A DNA stretch of 64,000 nt from an uncultured Clostridia bacterium (GTDB lineage: Bacteria > Bacillota > Clostridia > Christensenellales > UBA1242). The translations under genes and the position numbers were made by a program. Below the pieces are notes generated by a model. That model did not search any database. It was not told the origin of the DNA and saw only the letters and a list, made by a program, of their open reading frames with translations. Shown piece by piece: positions 26,461 to 34,759 of this stretch (positions are counted from its first letter, which is position 1; every line of letters starts with the position of its first letter). The stretch is from positions 217,306-281,305 of the forward strand of contig CALWJY010000001.1 in the NCBI GenBank assembly GCA_944381135.1. The letters run 5' to 3'.

Positions 26461-26620
26461 GCAACATGACATCGTCACTTTCTATATTGATTGGCAAAAA
26501 CATCCAAACACTCAAAAATCTTCATCCAATTTTATGATAAAAATTTGGATTGTTGTGATTATTTTGTCATTTTGCCAACCATTTATGCCGCCAAAAACAA
26601 TTTTAAAACGCTTCTGTCAC

Positions 26621-27070
26621 CTAAAACAGCAGTCTGATTCCTCCTGCAAGCATAACAAAAACAAAAATCACCCTGACCACTTTTGCCGGAAGAATTTTAA
26701 GCAAAAAAGATCCAATCACGCCACCAATAAGCACCCCCGTGCCCACGGTTAGAAAAGGAATTGTTTCCAGATTTCCGCTGAGCAGGTATATGCACGCGCT
26801 GACAAACGAAATTGGAAGAATAACCACGATTGCTGTCGCATGAGAATATTTATCTGGCAAATGCAAAACCCTTTCAAGTAAGGGAACACACACCATTCCT
26901 CCCCCTCCACCAAAGAAGCCATTGACAAAACCAACGATTGCTCCACAAAGCGACAAGATGAATTTGCTTTTTGCTGACAACTTTTCTTCCTTAAAATCTT
27001 TCTTCACCTCATCTTTTTCAAGTTCCTTTTTGACCGCACCATCTTGCTTCACGACATTCTTAACCCTCAC
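26621..27070 (-). CDS. Half-size TauE/SafE (DUF81) family membrane protein
   Basis: The GTG start follows a GAGGAGGG SD. The motif is GFFGGGGGMVCVPLL, and the protein has a charged N-terminus and four helices. Confidence 0.7.
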   Translation of the reverse strand: MRVKNVVKQDGAVKKELEKDEVKKDFKEEKLSAKSKFILSLCGAIVGFVNGFFGGGGGMVCVPLLERVLHLPDKYSHATAIVVILPISFVSACIYLLSGNLETIPFLTVGTGVLIGGVIGSFLLKILPAKVVRVIFVFVMLAGGIRLLF

Positions 27071-27159
27071 AAACCGCCCTCCTCTTCAATTGGAAAAATA
27101 TAAATTAAGCATTTATATATATTTTAGATAAAATTAATAAAATTATTTGGACAAAATAT

Positions 27160-27188
27160 TTGATATTTCATCTAAATCATGCTATAAT
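27160..27188 (+). promoter_or_regulatory. Strong SigA-type promoter for the 1326-aa gene (-35 TTGATA, 17 nt, TGcTATAAT)
   Basis: TTGATA lies at 27160-27165 and TATAAT at 27183-27188. Confidence 0.65.
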
Positions 27189-27221
27189 ATGAAAGTTAGA
27201 TTTTAATGCAAAAGGTGAATT

Positions 27222-30200
27222 ATGGAAAAAATTAGAAAAATCAAAAACAAAATCTTGATGTTTGTGTTTGCACTCATCTTCCCACTTTCCGCTTGCGGAA
27301 TGGTTTATTCACTGACAAATCTCTCAGTGGCAAAAGCTGAAAGCAGTGGAACACAATACAGCAAAAGCTATGTCAGTGAAGTTTCACTTTCAAACAACAG
27401 CTTCAACTCAAGCTCTTCAAACTACACTCTTTCCACCTCCCTCACAGGCTGGACAGGACAAGTGAACGACAGAAAAACAACAGCAGGAATCATCAGTGTT
27501 GGGCCAACATTCCAAAACTATATGTCTGGCACATATTATCTTTCAAACAACCCACTTGCAAAGGGCTCAGACAACCATATTTTGATGATAAACTCCCGCA
27601 CAAGCAGTGACACATCATATTCTCCTGCAAAACAAGGATATCGCTCTGGAGATGTCACACTTGAAGCAAATTCATACTATTCTTTCCAAGTTTCATTCAA
27701 GAGTGACTCAAACTATTCTTCCTCAGACACCTATGTTCAAAGCGGTCAAATTGAAACCGAACCTGCAACCATCACAAAATACACTTTCAATGGTGGAAGC
27801 AACTCTGAAACATTGGTTGGCTTTGGAGAAGACAGCTATATCAGCTTCTCATATCATTCTCAATATTACTATCTTCAAAAGACACTCAGTGAAGAGCACA
27901 CCACCCTCAGCGCGCAAACAGATGTTGAAGTTTTCTATGAAGACGATGAATATGTTGGAATCATGAATGGCGAAACACCTGTCTATGTTCCACTTGAAGA
28001 TGTTGAAGGCGAAGTTGTGACAGATGGCAAAGTCAACATCATTGAAGGAGCGCGCGCATACACCTGCAACATTCAATATGACCCAGATGGTGCAAACGGA
28101 AATGGAAACTATGTTGTTCCTGTTGGCACACCATATTATTCTCGCCAAGTGATTTATGACCCAATGTCTGCTTCAACCTATGGTTCAATCTATTTGACAG
28201 GTCTTGTGGATGAAGACGGAAACACTGTTGAAGCACAATACACAAAAGTAACTTCAAAAGAATGGGTAACCTTCTATTTCTTCGTTGCCACAGGTGATGA
28301 AAGCCAAACAATCAACCTCGACTTGTGGCTTGGCTCCACCGACACAACTGTGAGTGGTGTTGTATTCTTTGACGAATGCAAGATTTATCAATACAGTGAA
28401 AATGCTTTTTGGAAAAATTATAATCAATATTACGGCAAAAACTACACACAAGAATATGCAACAAGCGACGGTCGCACAGAAACTGTTGTCACAAATTGCA
28501 CAAGTTTGGTGGACTTGAGAGATGAAAAAGAAAATGAATATGCCGACATGAATTTTGATTTCGAAAAAGGCATATATAATGATGAAATTTCCAGCCTTGA
28601 AAATTGGACAAAAGATGAACACAGCACAGGCAACGCTCGCGTTTTTGATGCAACATCTCCAGAATTTTTCAAATCAACAACAGGATATGATTTTGTTGGC
28701 TCCAACCTTGGATGCAAAGTTATGCTTGAAAATGATGAAATTGTTTCAATTCAAGACAACCGCTATGTTTTGGGGCTTTGGGCTGAAAATAAATATGTCA
28801 AAGTGACATCCGAAGACATTGACATCAAAGCAAATGAAATCTACAAAATCTCGGCACAATACAAAATCTCATACCTTGAAAGTGGAAGTGTTTACCTCTA
28901 TGTTCAAGAGAATGACAATGTTTTGACAAAATATAACCTAAGCGACACACAATATTCAATCAGCGCCGAACAAGCCAGCAGTGCAGTCACAGAAAATGGC
29001 GACAACTCTTTCACAAACGACTATGCAACAATTGAGTTCTATGTGAAAGGAAGCGCCCGCTATGATTCTTCCATCAACATTTCTCTTGGACTTGGCAGTT
29101 CAAGCGAAAGTGCCACAGGATGCGTGGTTTTTGATGACATCACAATTGAAAAAGCAACAACAGATGAGTTTTCTTCAGCAACAAACGCCTACGAACTTGG
29201 CGTGCTTGAAACCTCACCAACAGTCACAAATGGAAACTTTGACAGCGTGACAATTTCTTCAGCAGATGCAACTGCTCCTTTCGCTCCAGAGGGCTGGACA
29301 ATTGAAAGCGGAGACGGCTTCTCGTTTGGTGGAGTCATCAATGTTGAAGAAGACAAATTTGCAGAATATCTTTCCGCATATGAAGAAAATCAAGGAAATC
29401 TTGACACTGCCGACCTCAACAATCCATATTATTGGGCTTCATATGGCAACCCAATGAACAGTTATGGCGTAGCAGACGCTGACAACATTTTGATGCTTGC
29501 AAACATCACATCAAATTGGCAAACGCTTCAGTCAAGCAACATAAGCCTTTCGGCAAGCACAGCATATAAACTCAGTTTTGACTATAAAACATTCAACACA
29601 AACACAGCCACTCCTGCAAAATTCAAAGTTTCAATCTTCAGCAGTGAAGGCTTCAAACTTTTCGAATCAGACCAAATTTCATCAACATCTTCAACTAAAA
29701 GAGGATGGGAAACCTATGAAATCTACTTGCAATCATTCTCTGGCGCAAGCGAAATCTATGTTCTCATTGAATTTGGAGATGAAAACACTCAAAACACAGG
29801 TTTTGCATACTTCGACAATTTCAGACTTAATGACGGAGTGACAATTCCTGACAGTGACACAATCAATCTTGTGGATATGTCAGATTTCTATATGAACATT
29901 CCAACAAACGACATCACATCAGACCTTGACACAACCTCCACCCCAGCCTATACAGGCTCGGTTGCAAATGGCTCGTCAAGCGGAATCACAGGAGGAATTG
30001 TTAAGAGTGATAAGTTTGATGAAAACAGCAATTTCTATATTTCAAAAGAAGATGAAGATGATGAAGCCGAAAATGTATTCTTCATTCAAAGCCAAGGTGC
30101 AGGTTCCTACACAATCCAATCAAACTTCAACCTTGACCTTTCTGCTGACACTTACTATTCTCTCACTTTCAAACTTAAGACCTATTTCGCTGAAAACAAT

Positions 30201-31202
30201 TTGGATGAAGATTTTGATTATTCCTATGGAGTAACGATTGGAATCACAGGGTTTGATTATGTGACGGAACTTAAGTCCAATGAAGAATATGGTGAATATA
30301 CAATCTATTTCCATCCAAGCTCAGATGTTTCTGGACAACTTTACATCGCTCTTGTTTGTGACACCAATGAAACAGCTGGTTCAATGGCAATTTATGACAT
30401 CGCTCTCAACACTGTGGATGAAAACGCCTATACGTCAGCACAAGAAATTGTTGGCGGCAGAAGATATGATGTCAATTCAGATCGAGTTGCAATCGCCTCC
30501 CAAACAGATGCAGAGGACGACAACACCGGTTCAGATGACGAAACAACAACAGATGATGAAAACACGGGTTCAACCAACTTCAGTTGGCTCTACATTCCAA
30601 CAATCATCTTTGGAGTTGCAATCATTGTTGCAGTTGTTGGATATTTCCTTAGAAAAATTGACGTAAAGAAAGTTGAAAAGAAACGCAAAGAAACTTACGA
30701 CCGTAAACAGAGTTTGAATGTTGACACTGTCAAACTTAAAGCAAGACAAGAAAGAGACAAGGAAGTTGCTGAAATTCAAAGCACAATTGACAAATTCCAA
30801 GCAGAACTTAACAATCTTGAGAAAGAACATAAACAGAAAGTCATCACTCTGCGCGAGAAAGACAAAGGCAAAGTTTCCAAAGAAACCGACAGAGAGTTTA
30901 AGCAATATGCCCAAAAACACACTGTCATTGTTGAAAGAATTGAATCTTTGAACAAACAAGTTGCCGACATGAAGACGCCTGAATATTTGCTTTCTCTTGA
31001 AAGAAAAGTCTTTGCACAAGAAGAGATGAAACAAAAAGAACTTGCAAAAGCCTCAAAGATTTTGAACAAAGAAAACAAAACAAAATCTGAAGGCAAAACT
31101 GAAACAACAACTTCTTCAGAGAAAAAGACATCAAAAAAATCAAACAACAAGATTGAAGAAGATGTGACAAGTGAAATCTCTTCAAAGAAAAAGAAAAAAT
31201 AA
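27222..31202 (+). CDS. Large surface lipoprotein with four tandem CBM-like beta-sandwich modules, a C-terminal TM helix and a cytoplasmic Lys/Glu coiled-coil tail
   Basis: The signal peptide carries a lipobox (FPLSAC, Cys25). Four modules each end in a hydrophobic-FD/YD motif: VVFFDECKIY, CVVFDDITIE, FAYFDNFRLN, MAIYDIALNT. An acidic linker follows, then a TM helix (FSWLYIPTIIFGVAIIVAVVGYFL, nt 30579-30650), then a 183-aa charged tail. Confidence 0.8.
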   Translation: MEKIRKIKNKILMFVFALIFPLSACGMVYSLTNLSVAKAESSGTQYSKSYVSEVSLSNNSFNSSSSNYTLSTSLTGWTGQVNDRKTTAGIISVGPTFQNYMSGTYYLSNNPLAKGSDNHILMINSRTSSDTSYSPAKQGYRSGDVTLEANSYYSFQVSFKSDSNYSSSDTYVQSGQIETEPATITKYTFNGGSNSETLVGFGEDSYISFSYHSQYYYLQKTLSEEHTTLSAQTDVEVFYEDDEYVGIMNGETPVYVPLEDVEGEVVTDGKVNIIEGARAYTCNIQYDPDGANGNGNYVVPVGTPYYSRQVIYDPMSASTYGSIYLTGLVDEDGNTVEAQYTKVTSKEWVTFYFFVATGDESQTINLDLWLGSTDTTVSGVVFFDECKIYQYSENAFWKNYNQYYGKNYTQEYATSDGRTETVVTNCTSLVDLRDEKENEYADMNFDFEKGIYNDEISSLENWTKDEHSTGNARVFDATSPEFFKSTTGYDFVGSNLGCKVMLENDEIVSIQDNRYVLGLWAENKYVKVTSEDIDIKANEIYKISAQYKISYLESGSVYLYVQENDNVLTKYNLSDTQYSISAEQASSAVTENGDNSFTNDYATIEFYVKGSARYDSSINISLGLGSSSESATGCVVFDDITIEKATTDEFSSATNAYELGVLETSPTVTNGNFDSVTISSADATAPFAPEGWTIESGDGFSFGGVINVEEDKFAEYLSAYEENQGNLDTADLNNPYYWASYGNPMNSYGVADADNILMLANITSNWQTLQSSNISLSASTAYKLSFDYKTFNTNTATPAKFKVSIFSSEGFKLFESDQISSTSSTKRGWETYEIYLQSFSGASEIYVLIEFGDENTQNTGFAYFDNFRLNDGVTIPDSDTINLVDMSDFYMNIPTNDITSDLDTTSTPAYTGSVANGSSSGITGGIVKSDKFDENSNFYISKEDEDDEAENVFFIQSQGAGSYTIQSNFNLDLSADTYYSLTFKLKTYFAENNLDEDFDYSYGVTIGITGFDYVTELKSNEEYGEYTIYFHPSSDVSGQLYIALVCDTNETAGSMAIYDIALNTVDENAYTSAQEIVGGRRYDVNSDRVAIASQTDAEDDNTGSDDETTTDDENTGSTNFSWLYIPTIIFGVAIIVAVVGYFLRKIDVKKVEKKRKETYDRKQSLNVDTVKLKARQERDKEVAEIQSTIDKFQAELNNLEKEHKQKVITLREKDKGKVSKETDREFKQYAQKHTVIVERIESLNKQVADMKTPEYLLSLERKVFAQEEMKQKELAKASKILNKENKTKSEGKTETTTSSEKKTSKKSNNKIEEDVTSEISSKKKKK

Positions 31203-31245
31203 GTTTCCCTTTAAAACTTAAAAATCTTTAAGGCAAAATCTAAAT

Positions 31246-31277
31246 AAAAAAAGATGCAAAAAAATGCATCTTTTTTT
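31246..31277. terminator. Bidirectional Rho-independent terminator
   Basis: The 13-bp arms AAAAAAAGATGCA and TGCATCTTTTTTT flank a 6-nt loop. It lies between convergent genes. Confidence 0.7.
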
Positions 31278-31529
31278 ATTTTTTTCTTTTCACACATCTA
31301 TTTTTTCATAACCTCTTATAAGACAAGTAAGTTTAAAATGATTTTTGACATGCTTAGAACATCTTAAATTAAAAAATGATTAAAAAAAACTAATAAAATT
31401 TTTCAAGTTTAGTGCCGTTTTCAACAAGTTGTCAACAAAAAACACAGAACAAATGCCTGTGCTTATGCTTAAATTTTAAACTTGTCTATTTTTAGTGAAA
31501 ATCAATCAAATTTCGAATTAAATTTAATT

Positions 31530-32066
31530 TTAAAAATCGTCATCATCGTCATCGTCGTCATCAGCGCTGTCTTCATCTTCATCGTCAAGGTCGTCTTCGT
31601 CGTCATCATCCAAATCAAAATCTTCATCGTCATCAAACTCTTCATCAAGGTCGTCATCTCCGAGGTCGTCCAAAGAGCCATCATCGTCCAGCCTGTCATC
31701 AAAGCCAATGCCGGTGTCCAAATCGTCATCCAAAATTTCGTCATCAAGGTCTGTGACTGAAGCCATGTCTCCCGTTTCTTCATCGTCATAAACAACTTCG
31801 TCTTCGTCACGGTTGAGATATTCCTCCCAATCGGTGTTGATGTCTTCTCCATCCGATTGGTGTTCTTTCAAACATGTTGCACACATAATTTCATCTGGCT
31901 GAATGTAGTTCGTCTTGCAAATTGGACACAACTCCAAATCCAAATCTCCGATCAATTCATCTTTTTTTGCAGAGAGTTCTGCCTTGCAGACACTGCAAAG
32001 TTTGTCTTTCTTTTCGATGTAATTAAGTTCACATCTTGGACATCTTATATAGACAGGTTTTCTCAT
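31530..32066 (-). CDS. Double zinc-ribbon protein with an extreme poly-Asp/Glu C-terminal tail
   Basis: The ATG at 32066 has an AAGGAG SD. Four CxxC pairs are present (CPRC, CSVC, CPIC, CATC). About 100 aa with more than 55% D/E follow, ending DDDDDDDDDF. Confidence 0.7.
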   Translation of the reverse strand: MRKPVYIRCPRCELNYIEKKDKLCSVCKAELSAKKDELIGDLDLELCPICKTNYIQPDEIMCATCLKEHQSDGEDINTDWEEYLNRDEDEVVYDDEETGDMASVTDLDDEILDDDLDTGIGFDDRLDDDGSLDDLGDDDLDEEFDDDEDFDLDDDDEDDLDDEDEDSADDDDDDDDDF

Positions 32067-32124
32067 ATAAATCTCCTTTATGTTTCGTATTCTACATACA
32101 TTTGCTTTGATTGTCAACTGATTT

Positions 32125-32772
32125 TCAATCTTTTTTTTGTTTTTTCTTCAAATTATCTTCAGCCTGAGAAAGTCGCAAATATTTTGGCACCATCTCCTCA
32201 ATTTTCACAAACTTTTTCTGCCTTTCTTCCTCTTTTGCAAACTCCAAAAGGTCCTTGGCTGTGATTTCAATTTCAAAAACATCCTCTCCGGTCAAATCAC
32301 CTTTAAGCGCAAATTTTGGGACATAAATTTTCTCAAATTCTGTCCGTTCAATCAGCGCTTCATTTTGTATTGATATTCCATTTTCATCAAAATATGCAAC
32401 AAAAAACAAATCTGACAAAGCATTAATCATACAGGCAAATTTCCCCTTGCAAAGTTTGCGTTTGGCAATAATATATGCCATAAGCCCCAAGGATGACAAA
32501 GCCTCAAATTTCAGCATCTCATTCACGCATCCAAGCGCCTTGGCAACTGCCGTTCCAATTCTCAGCCCCGTAAATGAACCCGGACCCACAACAACAGCCA
32601 CAGTTTCCACATCAAGAATGTCAATTTTTGCTTCCTGACACATCTCATCAATGGTTTTAAGCATATTCTCTGAATGTTTGCTGTTTGCGTCAACATCACG
32701 CGTCACAACAACTCCATCTTTTGTGCACAGCCCCAAATTTGCCGTCATAAAAGCAGTGTTGATTGCAAGCAT
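32125..32772 (-). CDS. tsaB: tRNA t6A biosynthesis protein TsaB
   Basis: VVGPGSFTGLRIGTAVAKAL is present. The ATG overlaps the tsaE TGA as TGATG. Confidence 0.85.
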   Translation of the reverse strand: MLAINTAFMTANLGLCTKDGVVVTRDVDANSKHSENMLKTIDEMCQEAKIDILDVETVAVVVGPGSFTGLRIGTAVAKALGCVNEMLKFEALSSLGLMAYIIAKRKLCKGKFACMINALSDLFFVAYFDENGISIQNEALIERTEFEKIYVPKFALKGDLTGEDVFEIEITAKDLLEFAKEEERQKKFVKIEEMVPKYLRLSQAEDNLKKKQKKD

Positions 32773-33203
32773 CACTTCACCTCCCTGATGATGAATGTTC
32801 TGTGATTTTCGCCCTGCTTTGTGATTTCCACAACAAAATCCGCTTTCTTAATCAAACCTTCCACATTTTCTGGCCATTCCACCAATGCAATGCCGTCCAA
32901 AGTCTTTTTGTCAAAATATTCAGCAAAACCAACATTCAATGCCTCTTCTGCAGAAGAAAGCCGATACATGTCAAAGTGATAGATTGGAAATTTTCCTTGA
33001 TAGGTGTTCAAAAGCGTAAATGTTGGGCTTGTCACAACATCATCACACCTAAGCGCCTTGACAAGATGTTTGATGAATGTTGTTTTTCCACTGCCCAAAT
33101 CGCCCTCAAAAAGCACAATCATTGGGGCTTTCATCAAAAGCGCAAACGCTTCTGCAAGTTTTTTTGTTTGAAGCTCGCTCATAATTTCTGTTTTAATTTT
33201 CAT
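32772..33203 (-). CDS. tsaE: tRNA t6A biosynthesis ATPase TsaE
   Basis: GDLGSGKTTF (P-loop), SPTFTL and YHFDMYRL are present. The ATG at 33203 has an AAGGAGAG SD. Confidence 0.85.
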   Translation of the reverse strand: MKIKTEIMSELQTKKLAEAFALLMKAPMIVLFEGDLGSGKTTFIKHLVKALRCDDVVTSPTFTLLNTYQGKFPIYHFDMYRLSSAEEALNVGFAEYFDKKTLDGIALVEWPENVEGLIKKADFVVEITKQGENHRTFIIREVK

Positions 33204-33765
33204 TTGCTTCTCTCCTTGCCAAATATTCTTTTGCTTTCTTTTGACAAAACTTTCTAAACCAAATTCCAATTGCACAAATCACCGCCGAAATCAAAACACC
33301 AGCAATGACATCTGTCAGATAGTGCTTGCCGAGATACATCCTCGATAGGCACACCAACAAAACATAAACCGAGCAAGACACCACAATTCCCACGCGCGCC
33401 CATTTGCCTTTGAAACAACTGAAAAGATAGAAAGCCAAGAAAATTGCAATTGCCGTAGCACAAGCGGCATGTCCACTTGGAAAACTGAAATCTTGCACTG
33501 CATCGCCAATGTTTAGGATTGTGTCTGTTGCGTTGAAAGGTCTGATTCTCTGCACCGTGCCTTTGATTATGCGCACTGTCAAATTGACAAAACCGTATGT
33601 GAACAAATACCAAAACCAATTGTTGCTTCTGCGCAGAAAAAAGAAAGCGCAAAGTGCAATCACGCCCAGAACACTGCCAAGTTGCGAGATGATTTGAAAA
33701 ACGACATCAAAGAAATCGCTTCTGCCCGCCTGCAAAAATTCAATAATTCTTATTTCAAAATCCAT
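33193..33765 (-). CDS. PAP2-family lipid phosphatase
   Basis: The three PAP2 motifs are KGTVQRIRP, PSGH and SRMYLGKHYLTD. It has no SD. Confidence 0.8.
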   Translation of the reverse strand: MDFEIRIIEFLQAGRSDFFDVVFQIISQLGSVLGVIALCAFFFLRRSNNWFWYLFTYGFVNLTVRIIKGTVQRIRPFNATDTILNIGDAVQDFSFPSGHAACATAIAIFLAFYLFSCFKGKWARVGIVVSCSVYVLLVCLSRMYLGKHYLTDVIAGVLISAVICAIGIWFRKFCQKKAKEYLARREANEN

Positions 33766-33772
33766 CAGTGTT

Positions 33773-33781
33773 ATTGTAACA
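33773..33781 (-). promoter_or_regulatory. Extended -10 element TGtTACAAT 7 nt upstream of the PAP2 ATG (leaderless candidate)
   Basis: The minus strand reads TGTTACAAT-aacactg-ATG. A second element, TGtTATAAT, lies 10 nt further upstream. Confidence 0.35.
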
Positions 33782-33944
33782 AATTATAACAAAATATACA
33801 ACAAAAATCGCCACAAATCACAAGATTTCATGCGCACAAAAAATTTTTCTGCTCACTTCATGGCAATAAAAACATCCCTTCTGCACAAAAAAACACTTCT
33901 GCCATGCCAACTTAAAACGAACCGAAAAATTGGTTGTAAATAAA

Positions 33945-33988
33945 ACTTTCAAAACAAAAGATGACTTTGTTTTTCAACAAGCCATCTT
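33945..33988 (-). terminator. Terminator candidate downstream of the O-methyltransferase gene
   Basis: The minus strand reads AAGATGGCTTGTT-gaaa-AACAAAGTCATCTT (about 12 bp with one bulge), followed by TTGTTTTG. Confidence 0.5.
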
Positions 33989-34086
33989 AATTTAAAAAAA
34001 TTTAAATTCGGTTTAATTGATATAATTCAAATTAAATTCACTTATACTCAACATCATCGCATTCCAATAATGCAAATTTTGCGAAA

Positions 34087-34707
34087 TCATCCACGCTTAT
34101 AAACAACTGCAACACCATCTTCAAAATTGAAAAACTTTGCCTCAAAGTCCGTGTCTTTCTGAATTTCCTTGATGAAAGCGCGCATGTTTTCCACAATTGT
34201 GCGATGCTTGTGCTTGACTGTTCCATCTGCTTGCACATATCCATGAAACAAAATGTCGTCACACACAAGCACCCCACCCGTTTTTAAAATTCTCTTAATT
34301 TCAGACAAATATTTCGCGTATTGTCCTTTTGGACCATCAAGAAAAATCAAATCAAATTTTTCATTGCAAGATTGCAGAAAATTCCAAGCGTCGCAACAAA
34401 CAATTTCAAAACGCCCGCCAAAGTTCAAATTGGAAAGGTTTTTGAAGGCGTCTTGACAGTTCTCGGCATCTTTTTCCAAAGTGACAAGCGTGGCATTTGA
34501 GCTTTCTTGCAACATCACCGCCGCAGAATACCCCAAAAATGTGCCAATCTCAAGAATTTTCTGAGGCTTGTTTTTCCTCACAATCTCACGCAAAAGCGCT
34601 TCAGTTTGTGGCCTTATGATTGGATTATATTTTCTTTTCAAAAAACCTACAAAATTTTCTTTGACAATTTTTCTTTCAGTTTCTGTCAAAACCTCTTTCT
34701 TCATCAT
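34087..34707 (-). CDS. Class I SAM-dependent O-methyltransferase (YrrM/TrmR-like)
   Basis: ILEIGTFLGYSA (SAM motif I), FDLIFLDGPKGQY and GGVLVCDDILFHG are present. The start is uncertain, and I chose the ATG at 34707. Confidence 0.7.
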   Translation of the reverse strand: MMKKEVLTETERKIVKENFVGFLKRKYNPIIRPQTEALLREIVRKNKPQKILEIGTFLGYSAAVMLQESSNATLVTLEKDAENCQDAFKNLSNLNFGGRFEIVCCDAWNFLQSCNEKFDLIFLDGPKGQYAKYLSEIKRILKTGGVLVCDDILFHGYVQADGTVKHKHRTIVENMRAFIKEIQKDTDFEAKFFNFEDGVAVVYKRG

Positions 34708-34759
34708 TTTTTCATCCAATTTATCATCCAACATCAAACAAAAATTCAGTTTCAAACAA

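Noticed and set aside
31482-31852. ORFs overlapping the poly-Asp coding region (31482..31760 on the plus strand, 31502..31852 on the minus strand)
   Set aside because: These are alternative or antisense readings of GAT/GAC repeats. Only the 31530..32066 frame has an SD and the zinc-ribbon N-terminus.
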